DNA of 64,000 nt from Planctomycetota bacterium (GCA_035527715.1 DATKZY010000028.1:17416-81415); one strand, 5' to 3'; counted from the stretch's first letter, positions 1 to 9,837 are shown. Notes: a model not told the origin generated them from the sequence alone. Translations and numbers: made by a program.

Positions 1-936
1 CGAGCTGTCCACCTCGCCGCGGGTGCGGAAGGCCCAGAGGGGCTTGCCGGTGTCGCGTGCGAAGCAGTGGAGGCTCTTGTCGCGTGAGCCGACGACGATG
101 CGGTCGTCGCCGATGGCGGGCGAGGCGAAGAAGGGGTCGCCGTCGCCGCCCTGCTTCCAGATGACCTTGCCCTCGGCGACGTCGGCGCAGAGGAACTCGC
201 CGCCGTAGTTGCCCACGAACACGCGGGTGCCGGCCATGGCCGCGGAGGCGGCGATGTAGGAGCCGGTCTCGATGGCGGCCAGCTTCTTCCCGTCGGCGAT
301 GGCGACGACGTGGATGATGGCGTCGCAGCCGCCGAACGTGGCCTTGCCGTCGGCCACGGCGGGCGCGCCGTTCACGTAGTTGCCCGTGGAATACGTCCAG
401 ACCCCCTTGCCCGACGCGGCGTCCACGCAGTGGAGGCGGTTGTCGTAGCTGCCGACGAGGATCCAGGTGGCCTTGCCGTCGGGTGCGGCGACGGAGTTGG
501 CGCCGCCCATGATTTTCCCCTCGGTCTGGTACTTCCAGGCGAGCTTGCCCGAGGCGGCGTCGAGGCAGTAGAGGAAGCCGTCGTCGGCGCCGACGTAGAC
601 CTTGCTGCCGACGACGCAGGGCGCGGCCTCGACGTAATCTTCGGCCTTGAAGTCCCAGAGGGGCTTGCCCGTGGCGAGGTCGAGGGCGTAGAGCTTGCAG
701 TCGTCGGAGCCGACGAAGACGCGTCCGTCGGCGATGGCGGCGGAGGATTTCACCGCGTCGCCCGTCTTGAACCGCCACAGGCGGGTGAGCGAGTCGGGCA
801 GGCTGCCCGCGGCCCGGCCGCTGAGCGCGGCGTCGCCGCGGAAAATGGGCCACTGCTTCGATGCCTGGGGGGCGTCCCGGGCCTCGGCGGGTGCCCACGC
901 GAGACAGGCCAGGATGAGACTCAGCGCCTTCTTCAT
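1..936 (-). CDS. Secreted PQQ-like beta-propeller repeat protein (C-terminal part runs off the window start)
   Basis: Reverse-strand reading from ATG (936-934) gives MKKALSLILACLAWAPAEA (signal peptide). It is followed by repeated blades of the type DGRVFVGSDDCKLYALDLATGKPLW, KVYVGADDGFLYCLDAASGKLAW and ILVGSYDNRLHCVDAASGKGVW. The frame stays open to position 1, so the ORF is absent from the track. Confidence 0.75.
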   Translation of the reverse strand, partial: MKKALSLILACLAWAPAEARDAPQASKQWPIFRGDAALSGRAAGSLPDSLTRLWRFKTGDAVKSSAAIADGRVFVGSDDCKLYALDLATGKPLWDFKAEDYVEAAPCVVGSKVYVGADDGFLYCLDAASGKLAWKYQTEGKIMGGANSVAAPDGKATWILVGSYDNRLHCVDAASGKGVWTYSTGNYVNGAPAVADGKATFGGCDAIIHVVAIADGKKLAAIETGSYIAASAAMAGTRVFVGNYGGEFLCADVAEGKVIWKQGGDGDPFFASPAIGDDRIVVGSRDKSLHCFARDTGKPLWAFRTRGEVDSS

Positions 937-945
937 GACTGCATG

Positions 946-2772
946 CTAGCGCGGGCGGCGTGTGAGTTCAAGGGCGCGTTCGAGCGCGCCGACGGTGAAG
1001 AGGAGGGGATACAGCTTCTCGAAGTACCACAGCTTGGCGAAGTAGAGGCCGATGGGAGCGGGGGGAAAGGAGCGGCCGCAGTCGGTGCGCTCGATGAGCC
1101 AGCGAACACCCGAAGAGATTGCGGATTGGGCAGAGGCAAGAGCGAGGCGGCACAAGGCGTCCACGGTCAGGGCTGTTTCCTCGATGGAGGACGGGACGCC
1201 GGGGGCTCCGCCCCAGCCGCCGTCGGGGTTCTGGGCGGCGAGGAGCCAGTGCGCGCCGCGCTCAAGCATTGGTCTCACGGCCGCGGGCCGGCGAGTCGCC
1301 AGCTCGGCAAGGGCCATGAGCACGCGGGCGGTGCCGTAGGTGGGGTTCGCCTCGTCGGGCGCCGCCTCGTTGCCGAACCAGAGGGGGAGCCAGGAGCCGT
1401 CGGGGCGTTGGGACGCCGCGAGGAAGGCGACGGCGCGCCGCATGGCCGCCTCGACGCGGGGCCGAAGCTGGGGCGGCAACTCGTTGAGCCAGGCGTGCCA
1501 GGCGAGGAGCGCGTGGGCCGTGAGGTCGGGCGCGCTGCGGTCGAAGGGCAGCTTGCCCCAGCCACGGCAGAAGGTGGGGATGCCGCCGTCGCGGTTCTGG
1601 AGGTCGAGGAGCCAGGAAGCGCCGGAAGCGATTGCGGAAGGGGAAGACGCGGAGCGCGGCCCGCCGAGGAGCTGGCGGAGGGCGAGGAGGGCGCCGGCCG
1701 TGTCGTCGGCATCGGGCACGCCGCCGCTGAGGTCGGTCCACGCCCAGCCGCCAGGGGCGGCGTGGGTGTAGGGATGCTCGACGACGTGCTGCTGGGCGAG
1801 AAGCCAGTCGCGGATCGGCTGGCGGGCCTCGTCGGGCAAGGCGGCGCCGAGGGCGTTGACCGCCAAGGTGGTGACCCAGGTGGCGAGGTCGGCGTCAATC
1901 GGCCAGCTCCCGTCGTCGCGGACCGTGCGGCGGAGGAACTCGACGCCCTTTGCCGCGACCGGGTGGCGCGCCTCGCCGATGCTCGCGAGGCTCATGGTGA
2001 CGAAGCTGGTGATGGGCATGGCCTCGAGGAAGCCGCCGCTCTCGGGCTGCGTGCTCTGGAGGACTCGGAGCGTCTTCCGCCGCACGAGGCGTCGGGCCAG
2101 GCGGGCGACGGGATTGCGCGGCGGGGCGTGATGAAAGCGCGCCTGGCCGATGGCGATGAGCGCGGGCAGCGCGTAGCTCACGACCGGCAACCGCAGCCAC
2201 CTGAAGAGGCGATGGGGGAACGCCGCCAGCTCGAAGGGCAACGGGGCCACGTGACGCCACGCCCCGCGTCCCTCGCCCAGCCGCCCGCCGAGGGCGCACA
2301 TCGTGAGGATGGGGGCGGAGAACGTGCGGTCGCCGCCATAGCGCGCCACGATGGCGCGGGCCACCCGCTCGGGCTCCAGGCCGCCCGCGGCCCGGGCCAG
2401 CCAGGCCTCGGTCTCGGCGAGCACAGGCATCTTGCCTGTGGCGCCGAAGGCGGCCCAGGCGAGGGCCGTGGTGCTGAGGTTGGACGCGGAGCGGACGGTG
2501 TCGCCCCAGCCGCCGTCGGGGTTCCGGTGGCGGGCCAACCAGTCGAGGCCGCCGCGGATCAGGCTCTGATGGGCCGAGCTGTCCACGAGGGCGAGGGCCG
2601 CGACCGCGGTGGCGGTGGACAGGGCGCTGCTCGACAGCTCGCCGACCCAGTGCCCCTCGGGGCCGCGCTCGGCGAGGAGGCGGGTGCGGGCTGCATCGAG
2701 GGCTTCCTTGAGCGCGGCGACATCGCTGGGGTTCATGTGTCCTATGGGTCCTATTGATCCCATCGGTCCCAT
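946..2772 (-). CDS. shc: Squalene-hopene cyclase family (class II terpene cyclase)
   Basis: 608-aa ORF with QW-type repeats (RNPDGGWG, QNRDGGIP, QRPDGSW, QNPDGGWGG) and the catalytic-type motif GGVPDADDTAGAL (DxDDTA). The start is uncertain. Codons between 2772 and the ATG at 2736 (MNPSD) lie inside a GGGAC repeat array, so 2736 may be the true start. Confidence 0.75.
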   Translation of the reverse strand: MGPMGSIGPIGHMNPSDVAALKEALDAARTRLLAERGPEGHWVGELSSSALSTATAVAALALVDSSAHQSLIRGGLDWLARHRNPDGGWGDTVRSASNLSTTALAWAAFGATGKMPVLAETEAWLARAAGGLEPERVARAIVARYGGDRTFSAPILTMCALGGRLGEGRGAWRHVAPLPFELAAFPHRLFRWLRLPVVSYALPALIAIGQARFHHAPPRNPVARLARRLVRRKTLRVLQSTQPESGGFLEAMPITSFVTMSLASIGEARHPVAAKGVEFLRRTVRDDGSWPIDADLATWVTTLAVNALGAALPDEARQPIRDWLLAQQHVVEHPYTHAAPGGWAWTDLSGGVPDADDTAGALLALRQLLGGPRSASSPSAIASGASWLLDLQNRDGGIPTFCRGWGKLPFDRSAPDLTAHALLAWHAWLNELPPQLRPRVEAAMRRAVAFLAASQRPDGSWLPLWFGNEAAPDEANPTYGTARVLMALAELATRRPAAVRPMLERGAHWLLAAQNPDGGWGGAPGVPSSIEETALTVDALCRLALASAQSAISSGVRWLIERTDCGRSFPPAPIGLYFAKLWYFEKLYPLLFTVGALERALELTRRPR

Positions 2773-2815
2773 AGGACATATGGGGCGGATGGGACGAATG
2801 GGATGGGCGTGGGTG
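2738..2815. repeat. 9-bp-period GTCCC/GGGAC palindromic array
   Basis: gtcctatgg gtcctattg atcccatcg gtcccatag, then the inverted arm gacatatgg ggcggatgg gacgaatgg gatgggcgt. It lies between the glgP stop and the shc start. Confidence 0.8.
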
Positions 2816-2820
2816 GGGCC

Positions 2821-5394
2821 TCACGCCCAGAAGACGAGGCCCACATCGTGCGGGTTGGCGAGGTCGTCGTGCCGCGGGAGGACGCGGAAGACGTAGCCGT
2901 GGCGCCCTGCCGTGCGGCAGGCGACCTGGGCGGCGTAGAGCCATTCGCCGGGCCGCTCGCCCCCCTCGCAGCTCATCTCGACGATGCTGGGCTCGGTGAT
3001 CTGCCGCTGGGCGTCCAGCCGGCCCATGTAGAGCTGGACCGTGACCTCCTGGGGCTTGATGTCGTCGAGGTAGAGCTTCACGCGGACGGGGGACTCGGCG
3101 CCGGCCTGGAACTCGTCGGGAGGGACGGCCAGGACGTCCAGGAGGCGGATCTTCCCCCATCGCTCGCGCAGGCGCTGCTTCCAGGCGACGAGCTCGCCGG
3201 CGCGGCGGACGCCGTCGGCCAGCAGCCCTCGGCCCCGCCGAATGCCCGGGACGTAGAACTTCTCGGTGTACTCGTGCACCATGCGGTTGGTGTTGAAGAC
3301 GGGGTTGATGGTGCGGAGGGCCGCCTTCATCATCTTCACCCAGCCGTTCGGCACGGTGTCGCGGCCCCGGTCGTAGAAGAGCGGGATGACCTGCTTTTCG
3401 AGGAGGTCGTAGAGGAGGTGGCTTTCGACGGCGTCGCGCTTCTCCTCGTCGGCGTACTCCTCGCCGTGGCCGATGGCCCAGCCGTTGCCGGGGGCGTAGC
3501 CCTCGTCCCACCAGCCGTCGAGCACGCTGATATTGAGTCCGCCGTTGGCGGCGATCTTCATGCCGCTGGTGCCGCTGGCCTCGAGGGGGCGGCGGGGGGT
3601 GTTGAGCCCGGCGTCCACGCCGCTGGCCAGGTAGTGGGCGAGGCAGAGATCGTAGTCCTCGAGGAAGACGATGTGTCGGCGGAAGTCCTCGCTGCGGCTC
3701 TCGGCGATGATGTCGCGGATGAACTCCTTCCCGCCCCGGTCGTGGGGGTGGGCTTTGCCGGCGAAGATGAGCTGGACGGGGCGCTCCTTGTCGTTGAGGA
3801 TGCGGCGCAGGCGCTCGCGGTCGCGGAAGAGGAGCTTTCCGCGCTTGTAGGTGGCGAAGCGGCGTGCGAAGCCGATGGTGAGGGCCTCGGGGTCGAGCAC
3901 CTCGTCGGCGCCGGCCACGTCGTCGGGGCTGGCGCCGGCCCCCAGGAGCTGCGCCTTGAGCCGGGCGCGCACGGTGGCCACCAGGCGCTCGCGCCGCCGC
4001 TCGTGCGTGCGCCACAGCTCGGCGTCGGGAATCCGCTCCGCGCGTTGCCACACCGCGTGGTCCACGGGCCGGTCCACCCAATGGGGGTCGAGGTAGCGGT
4101 CGAGCAGCGTCGCCATGTCCAGCGAGAGCCAGCTCCGCGTGTGCACGCCGTTCGTGATGGCGAGGATGGGCACCTCGTCGAGCGGCGTGTCGGGCCACAG
4201 GCGCCGCCACATGGCCCGCGAGACCTTGCCGTGGAGCTGGCTGACGCCGTTGCGCGCCGCGGAGAGCTTCATGGCCAGCACGGTCAGGCAGAACGCCTCG
4301 TTGCGGTCGAGCGGGTCCTCGCGCCCGAGGGCCATGAAGTCGTCCCAGCTCACGCCCAGGGTCTGGCAGTAGCCTTGGAAGAACTTGCGCATGGTCGCTT
4401 CGTCGAAGCGTTCGTTGCCTGCGGGCACGGGGGTGTGCGTGGTGAAGGCGGCGTGCGCGGCCACGGCCTCGGCGGCGGTGGGGAACGGCACGCCGTGCTG
4501 GCCCATGAGCGCGCGGCAGCGCTCGAGGGCGAGGAACGCGCAGTGCCCCTCGTTCATGTGGTAGAGCTCGGGCTCGATGCCGAGGGCCTGGAGCGCCCGC
4601 ACGCCGCCGATGCCGAGCAGGATCTCCTGGGCGATGCGCTCCTCGGAGCCGGCGGCGTTGCCGTAGAGCCGGGCCGTGATGTCGCGGTCGTACTCGCTGT
4701 TCTCGGGGACGTTTGTGTCGAGGAGGATGAGGGGGATGCGCCCGATCTGGGCGCGCCAGACCTGCGCGCGGACGGTGCGGCCGGGGTATTCGAGCTCGAT
4801 GGCGACGGGGCTGCCGTCGTCGCGCTTGAGCAGCTCGATGGGGGTCGTGTAGAAGTCGGTCTCGGGATACTCCTCCTGCTGCCAGCCATCGGCGCTCAGG
4901 CGCTGGCGGAAGTAGCCCTGGCGGTAGAGGAGCCCGACGCCGACGAGCGGCAGGCCGAGGTCGCTGGCCGCCTTCACGTGGTCGCCCGCCAGGACCCCCA
5001 GGCCGCCCGAGTAGATCGGCAGGCACTCGTTGATGCCGAACTCGAACGAGAAGTAGGCGATGCGGGTGCCCGCGAGGTCGGGGTGGGCGCCATCGAACCA
5101 GGTCTGCGTGTGCATGTAGTCCTGGAGCCGGCGCTCCTGGCGCGCGACGGCCGCCACGTAGCTGGAGTCCGCGGCCACCTCCTCGAGGCGCTCACGCCGC
5201 ACCTCGGCGAGGAGGCGGACGGGGTTGTGGTTCACCTGCTCCCACACGTCGGGGTCGAGTCGGCGGAAGAGCTCGAACGCCTCGGAGTTCCAGCACCACC
5301 AGAAGTTGTACGCGAGGGTCCTGAGGGCCTTGATGCTCTCGGGCAGGGCGGGGACAACGCAGAACGTCCGCAGCGCGCCGCGCATCGCCGGCAT
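2821..5394 (-). CDS. glgP: Alpha-glucan phosphorylase (GT35, DUF3417-type N-terminus)
   Basis: LAYNFWWCWN N-terminal signature, IYSGGLGVLAGDHVKAASDLGLPLVGVGLLYRQGYFRQ core and EASGTSGMKIAANGGLNISVLDGWW PLP-lysine region. An AGGAGG RBS lies about 7 nt upstream of ATG 5394. The track ORF extends to a GTG at 5439. Confidence 0.85.
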   Translation of the reverse strand: MPAMRGALRTFCVVPALPESIKALRTLAYNFWWCWNSEAFELFRRLDPDVWEQVNHNPVRLLAEVRRERLEEVAADSSYVAAVARQERRLQDYMHTQTWFDGAHPDLAGTRIAYFSFEFGINECLPIYSGGLGVLAGDHVKAASDLGLPLVGVGLLYRQGYFRQRLSADGWQQEEYPETDFYTTPIELLKRDDGSPVAIELEYPGRTVRAQVWRAQIGRIPLILLDTNVPENSEYDRDITARLYGNAAGSEERIAQEILLGIGGVRALQALGIEPELYHMNEGHCAFLALERCRALMGQHGVPFPTAAEAVAAHAAFTTHTPVPAGNERFDEATMRKFFQGYCQTLGVSWDDFMALGREDPLDRNEAFCLTVLAMKLSAARNGVSQLHGKVSRAMWRRLWPDTPLDEVPILAITNGVHTRSWLSLDMATLLDRYLDPHWVDRPVDHAVWQRAERIPDAELWRTHERRRERLVATVRARLKAQLLGAGASPDDVAGADEVLDPEALTIGFARRFATYKRGKLLFRDRERLRRILNDKERPVQLIFAGKAHPHDRGGKEFIRDIIAESRSEDFRRHIVFLEDYDLCLAHYLASGVDAGLNTPRRPLEASGTSGMKIAANGGLNISVLDGWWDEGYAPGNGWAIGHGEEYADEEKRDAVESHLLYDLLEKQVIPLFYDRGRDTVPNGWVKMMKAALRTINPVFNTNRMVHEYTEKFYVPGIRRGRGLLADGVRRAGELVAWKQRLRERWGKIRLLDVLAVPPDEFQAGAESPVRVKLYLDDIKPQEVTVQLYMGRLDAQRQITEPSIVEMSCEGGERPGEWLYAAQVACRTAGRHGYVFRVLPRHDDLANPHDVGLVFWA

Positions 5395-5445
5395 GTTCTC
5401 TCCTCCTGAGCCATCGGCCTCCGCCGCCTCCCCGACCACACGCAG

Positions 5446-5473
5446 ACTATACAGGATGGCCCGCGAGATGCAA
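5446..5473 (-). promoter_or_regulatory. Sigma70-like promoter candidate for glgP
   Basis: Minus strand reads TTGCAT-N16-TATAGT, about 50 nt upstream of ATG 5394. Confidence 0.35.
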
Positions 5474-5522
5474 GTGCGAAGCGAGTACGGCCTCCAGTCC
5501 TGGCGCTGGCCTCGCCCTTGAA

Positions 5523-5614
5523 TCGTCGTCGTTGTCGTCGTCGTCCTCGTCGTCGAATGCGGAAGGGGGGGAAGCCCAAAGAATCGACGACGACGACGAG
5601 GACGACGAGCACGA
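5523..5614. repeat. (CGT)n / (ACG)n imperfect inverted repeat (long hairpin) in a divergent intergenic region
   Basis: tcgtcgtcgttgtcgtcgtcgtcctcgtcgtcga ... tcgacgacgacgacgaggacgacgagcacga. The same cgtcgtcgtcgtcctcgtcgtcg block recurs in every unit of the 33.5-34.1 kb macro-repeat. Confidence 0.75.
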
Positions 5615-5717
5615 GAAGACGGGAAGGGAGGTGGTTACCATGACTGGGGGCCATACTCGTGCGGAGGCGCATTTGACGCGCAGGGGCAGACCTGCGATGA
5701 TCGCTGTGGGATCAACC

Positions 5718-8700
5718 ATGCGGCGAAGCAGAAGTCCTGCATTCCTGGCTCTTGTCGTGCTGAGCTGCGCCGGCCGGTCCGCCGCGGGCGGCGCCGGGGC
5801 AGCTCCCGACGTTTCGCTGCCCTCGAAGAGGAGCGACCTGGCCGTGGCCGTGGAAGGCGATCAGAACATCCCCGTGATCCGGAGGGCCGACGTGCTGGTG
5901 GTCGAGGGCACCCTGGCCGGCTGCCTCGCCGCCTGGGAGGCCGCCCGCCAGGGCAGGACGGTGGTCCTCGCCGCCTCGGGCACGTCCGTGCCCCACGACA
6001 TCGCCGTCACCCTCCGCCCCTGGGCACGCGAGGAGGACCTGGCCGGCGTGCCGAAGGAGTTCGCCGACGCCTTCCGCAAGTGTGTGAAGGAGCGCGCGGA
6101 GGACGGCGAGCTGATCTTCGACCTGGCCCGCCTGGCCGTGGCCACCGAGGACCTGCTTCTTGATGCGGGGGTGGGCATCTACTATGGCCTGAGCCCCTGC
6201 GGCGTAGCGAGAAAGGGCCGGCGCGTCGTCGCGGTCGTGTTCGCGGGCAAGGCGGGCCTGGCCGCCCTCGAGGCGGGCGCGACGGTGGACTGCACGGCCG
6301 ATGCCCGCGTGGCCGCCCTGGGCGGCGCACGTTTCGCCAGCCGCGCGCTTCGCGACGGGCGACTCGATGTCCGCTACACCATGCTCTGCAACGACCGTCC
6401 GCCCCGCGAGCTGGCCGTCGGGGGCGTGCCCGAGCTGGTGGGCGGCAAGCTCATCGCGCACGGGCAGCTCGCCGAGTTCCATATGCGACTGGCCGCGCGG
6501 GGCGACGCGGTGATGCGCGACGCCGAGCTGACCCTGCGGGCCCGCGTGGTGGCGGCCAACGCCGGCCGCGCGCTGCGCGGGGTGGCCTTCGCCCGCGGCG
6601 GCGACGCCCTCTGGGTCGAGCCCACCCGTCGCATCCTCACCCGCTCCGAGGCGGCGGGGCTCGACCTCGCCGCCTGCCAGCCGCAGGGGGTCGAGGGCAT
6701 CCTCGTGTGCGGCCCGGCCGCCGACGTGCCCGACGAGCTGGCCCGCGACCTTGCCGAGCCGTTCGGGGGCGCCGCCGTCGCCGGGGTCGTGGCGAAGGCC
6801 GATTGGGCCAAGCTGGCCTCCGCCCCCGACGCGGCGGCGGAGACCCAGGTCGTCCTCGCCGCCGAGGGAGAAGCCGCGCCGCGCCACGCGCCGGGCGTGC
6901 GCGTGCGCTTCGGGGTCTCGCAGGCCATCCGCCGCGCCGACGCCGCCATCGCGTTGGGGCAGCCAGCGATTCCCGTGGTCGCCGAGGCCGACGTGCTGGT
7001 GATCGGCGGCGGCACGAGCGGCGTGCCGGCCGCCCTCGTCGCCGCGCGGGACGGCGCGAGGACCCTCCTCATCGAGAAGCACTCCGACGTGGGTGGCACG
7101 CACACCCTCGGCGGCGTGTCGAAGTACTGGTTCGGCCGCCCCACCGACTTCGTCCGCCAGCTCGACCGCGACGCCCTCGCGCTCCTCTCGGGCACGGGCA
7201 TGCCGAAGTCGCTCGCCATGCTCTACTCCCTCATCGCCTCGGGCGTGAGCGTGGTGCCCCAGTGCCTGGCCGCGGGCACGCTCGTCGAGGGCGACGCGGT
7301 GAAGGGCGTGGTGGTCGTCGCCCCCACGGGCCTCGCCGCCATCACGGCCAAGGTGGTGATTGACGCCACGGGCGACGGCGATATTGCGGCCTGGGCGGGC
7401 GCCGCGCACTCCTGGGGCACGGGCCGCGACGCCCAGACCCTCTGGTTCTCCTTCGGCCGCTTCGTGGGGCCCAAGAGCGAGGCCAGCCGCCAATACCACT
7501 CGGCGGTGGACCTGCGCGACCCGGCCGACTTCTCGCGGGCGATCATCGCCGCGCGGCGGCGCGGCGGCATCTTCGGCCAGGGCGATTTCCCGCAGTACTA
7601 CCTGACCCCCCGCGAATCGCGCCACATCAAGGGCCGAGCCACCGTGACCTATGGCGGCGTATTCCGCGAGCAGCGCTGGCCCGACGTCGTGCTCGTCTGC
7701 GAGTCGAACTTCGACATCAAGGGCATCGCTTCGAGCGACCTGGCCCTCTGTGGCTACGCGGAAAAGGAGTTCACGAAGAACTACCCCGCCGCAATCCCCT
7801 TTCGCGCGCTCGTGCCCGAGAGGTTCGAAGGCATCCTTGTCGTCGGCAAGGCATACTCCGTTACCCACGACGCCTTGTCGCTTGCCCGCATGCAGCGCGA
7901 CCTGATGGCGATGGGGGGCGCCGCCGGCCTCGCCGCCTCGATGGCCGTCCGCGCCAGGTGCCCCGTCGCCTCGGTGAGCGTGGCCGATCTCCAGAAGGGC
8001 CTCGTCAAGCTCGGCATCCTCCGCCCCGCCGATCTGGCCGAGCCGGCCGCCTCGGCCTCGGAGCGGGAGATAGAGCACCTCGTCCGCGATCTGGCCGCCG
8101 ACTCGTTGTCGCTGCCCGGCCAGGTGAAGGTCCTGGGCTGCGGCAAGGCGGCCATCCCGTTGCTCAGGAACGCCCTTCCGCGTGCGACCGAGCGCGGGCG
8201 GGTGGCGTGCGCCAAGGCCCTCTGCTTCCTCGGCGACACCGAGGGCGTGCCCACGTTGCTGGAGGAGCTCCGCCGCCAGCTCGGCGGCGAGAAGCTGCCG
8301 CCCAGCCCCCGCAAGTCCCACGAGGCGCCCGACCACGGCTACGCGCCCGAGCCGGCTTTCCTCATCAATGCCATCGGCCTCGCCCGCGACCCGCGGCTCG
8401 TGCCGCTCCTCAAGCCGCTCGCCGAACGCATCGTGATTGACTCGAGGAAGTCCGACGACATGTTCAGCTACGTCCATGCCATCTGCTACGCCTGCGAGCG
8501 GCTCGCGGCGCCCGAGGCGGTCGAGGCCCTCGAGGTCCTCGCCGAGAAGCCCGGCATCAAGGGTTCGGCGCTCCCCGAGGGCACCGACCCGCGGAGGTCC
8601 GTGAGCCACGTGGCCGAGCGCCACGCCTACCTGGAGCTGTGCGTGGGCCGGGCGCTCGCCCGCTGCGGGGCCCCGCGCGGCTACGACGTCCTCATCGGCT

Positions 8701-8861
8701 ACCTCGGCGACATCCGCGGCGTCCTCGCCCGCAGCGCCCACGACGAGTTGGCCGAGCTTGTCGGCAGCGACCTGGGCCTCGCGCCGAAGCCCTGGCACGA
8801 CTGGCTTGCCCAGGCCCCCAGGCCCCTGCCGCCGAAGCCCTTCCTCCAGCGCCTCGAGTAG
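5718..8861 (+). CDS. Secreted FAD-dependent oxidoreductase with two dinucleotide-binding modules and a C-terminal HEAT-repeat region
   Basis: ATG 5718 gives MRRSRSPAFLALVVLSCAGRSAAGGAGA (signal). There is a degenerate first Rossmann motif (DVLVVEGTLAGCLAAWEAARQG) and a canonical second one (DVLVIGGGTSGVPAALVAARDGARTLLIEKHSDVGGT). The C-terminus is HEAT-like (IPLLRNALPRATERGRVACAKALCFLGDTEGVPTLLEEL). The track ORF start at 5532 is a TTG inside the CGT repeat. Confidence 0.7.
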   Translation: MRRSRSPAFLALVVLSCAGRSAAGGAGAAPDVSLPSKRSDLAVAVEGDQNIPVIRRADVLVVEGTLAGCLAAWEAARQGRTVVLAASGTSVPHDIAVTLRPWAREEDLAGVPKEFADAFRKCVKERAEDGELIFDLARLAVATEDLLLDAGVGIYYGLSPCGVARKGRRVVAVVFAGKAGLAALEAGATVDCTADARVAALGGARFASRALRDGRLDVRYTMLCNDRPPRELAVGGVPELVGGKLIAHGQLAEFHMRLAARGDAVMRDAELTLRARVVAANAGRALRGVAFARGGDALWVEPTRRILTRSEAAGLDLAACQPQGVEGILVCGPAADVPDELARDLAEPFGGAAVAGVVAKADWAKLASAPDAAAETQVVLAAEGEAAPRHAPGVRVRFGVSQAIRRADAAIALGQPAIPVVAEADVLVIGGGTSGVPAALVAARDGARTLLIEKHSDVGGTHTLGGVSKYWFGRPTDFVRQLDRDALALLSGTGMPKSLAMLYSLIASGVSVVPQCLAAGTLVEGDAVKGVVVVAPTGLAAITAKVVIDATGDGDIAAWAGAAHSWGTGRDAQTLWFSFGRFVGPKSEASRQYHSAVDLRDPADFSRAIIAARRRGGIFGQGDFPQYYLTPRESRHIKGRATVTYGGVFREQRWPDVVLVCESNFDIKGIASSDLALCGYAEKEFTKNYPAAIPFRALVPERFEGILVVGKAYSVTHDALSLARMQRDLMAMGGAAGLAASMAVRARCPVASVSVADLQKGLVKLGILRPADLAEPAASASEREIEHLVRDLAADSLSLPGQVKVLGCGKAAIPLLRNALPRATERGRVACAKALCFLGDTEGVPTLLEELRRQLGGEKLPPSPRKSHEAPDHGYAPEPAFLINAIGLARDPRLVPLLKPLAERIVIDSRKSDDMFSYVHAICYACERLAAPEAVEALEVLAEKPGIKGSALPEGTDPRRSVSHVAERHAYLELCVGRALARCGAPRGYDVLIGYLGDIRGVLARSAHDELAELVGSDLGLAPKPWHDWLAQAPRPLPPKPFLQRLE

Positions 8862-8951
8862 GCGGGACGGGGCTTGCCTGGCCCTGCGCCTTCGGCTATG
8901 ATGAAACCTTGTGGTGTCGGACCTCGTCACACTGAGAAACGGAGCTGTCGA

Positions 8952-9818
8952 ATGAACATGGCACGCCGAGGATTCGTGATGACCGTGGCAGGCGGCCTGG
9001 CCGCGCCCCTGGCAGGCAAGGCCCTCGCCGCCGAGAAAGAGGAGCCGCGCATCCGCCTGAGCGCCTGCGACTGGTCGCTGCGGGCCGGCGGCCCGGGCGG
9101 ACTCGACGTTGCAAAGGCCTGCGGACTCGACGGCCTCGAGGTCGCCGTCGGCGGCGCCGCCGACAAGCTGAACCTTGCCAAGCCCGAAGTCCAGCAGCAA
9201 TACAAGGACAAGATGAAGGAGACCGGCGTCGTCATCTCCTCGACCGCCATGACCCTCGGCAACAGCAACCCGCTTGCCACCGAGGCCAACGCCGTGTCGT
9301 GGATGACCCAGACCGTCGAGGCCACCAAGGCCCTCGGCGCCAGGCCCATCCTCCTCGCCTTCTTCGGCAAGGGCGACCTCCGCAGGGGCAAGGACCTGAA
9401 GACCGACGAGGTGGACAACCTGGTCGCCCGCCTCAAAGAGGCCGCGCCCAAGGCCAAGGAGGCAGGTGTCGTGCTCGGCCTCGAAAACACCCTCTCCGCG
9501 AAGCAGAACCTGGCGATCATCGAGCGCGTGGGCAGCGACGCCGTGGCCGTCTACTACGACTGCTTCAACTCGCAGGGCAACGGCTACGACGTGTGCGCCG
9601 AGATCCGCGACCTCAAGGGGCGCGTCTGCTGCTTCCACTTCAAGAACGGCGGCGACTACCTGGAGACCGGCAGGGTGAAGTGGGAGCCGATTCGCGACGC
9701 GATGAACGACATCGGCTACAAGCGCTGGATCGTCCTCGAAACCTCCTGCCCCTCAAAGGACCGCGACGCCGACTTCAAGAAAAACGCCGCCTACGTCCGA
9801 AAGCTGTTCTCGCTGTAG
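8952..9818 (+). CDS. TAT-exported sugar phosphate isomerase/epimerase (xylose isomerase-like TIM barrel)
   Basis: MNMARRGFVMTVAGGLAAPLAGKALA twin-arginine signal. TIM-barrel family hallmarks are present (GLDGLEV, VVLGLENT, RVCCFHFKN, KRWIVLE). Confidence 0.75.
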   Translation: MNMARRGFVMTVAGGLAAPLAGKALAAEKEEPRIRLSACDWSLRAGGPGGLDVAKACGLDGLEVAVGGAADKLNLAKPEVQQQYKDKMKETGVVISSTAMTLGNSNPLATEANAVSWMTQTVEATKALGARPILLAFFGKGDLRRGKDLKTDEVDNLVARLKEAAPKAKEAGVVLGLENTLSAKQNLAIIERVGSDAVAVYYDCFNSQGNGYDVCAEIRDLKGRVCCFHFKNGGDYLETGRVKWEPIRDAMNDIGYKRWIVLETSCPSKDRDADFKKNAAYVRKLFSL

Positions 9819-9837
9819 ACCAGACGGTGCCGCGCCA

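Noticed and set aside
1-936. Annotating the propeller proteins as BamB or as PQQ-dependent dehydrogenases.
   Set aside because: Only generic PQQ-like (BamB-type) blade repeats are visible. The sizes and domain fusions do not fit BamB. I cannot identify PQQ- or metal-binding catalytic residues or any pqq biosynthesis genes.
310-2757. Very long ORFs opposite or overlapping real genes. Examples: 310-2757+, 1895-5026-, 2803-5409+, 5712-9638-, 9775-11403-, 11279-15223-, 15211-18693-, 18501-21074-, 22385-25309-, 28708-30159-, 37996-39762+, 40934-42835+, 48557-51238-, 51667-53022-, 53094-54620-, 54277-56163+, 61261-63027-.
   Set aside because: They are Arg/Ala/Gly/Pro/Val-rich low-complexity translations with no recognisable motifs. 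Each lies antisense or out of frame to an ORF with clear family signatures. Open antisense frames of this kind are expected at about 70% GC.
2737-2772. A collagen-like MGPMGSIGPIGH N-terminal extension of the squalene-hopene cyclase.
   Set aside because: It is encoded by the GGGAC 9-mer array, which also occurs in non-coding DNA. The cyclase fold begins after MNPSD (ATG 2736). I kept 2772 as the outer coordinate only because I cannot decide the start without ortholog alignment.
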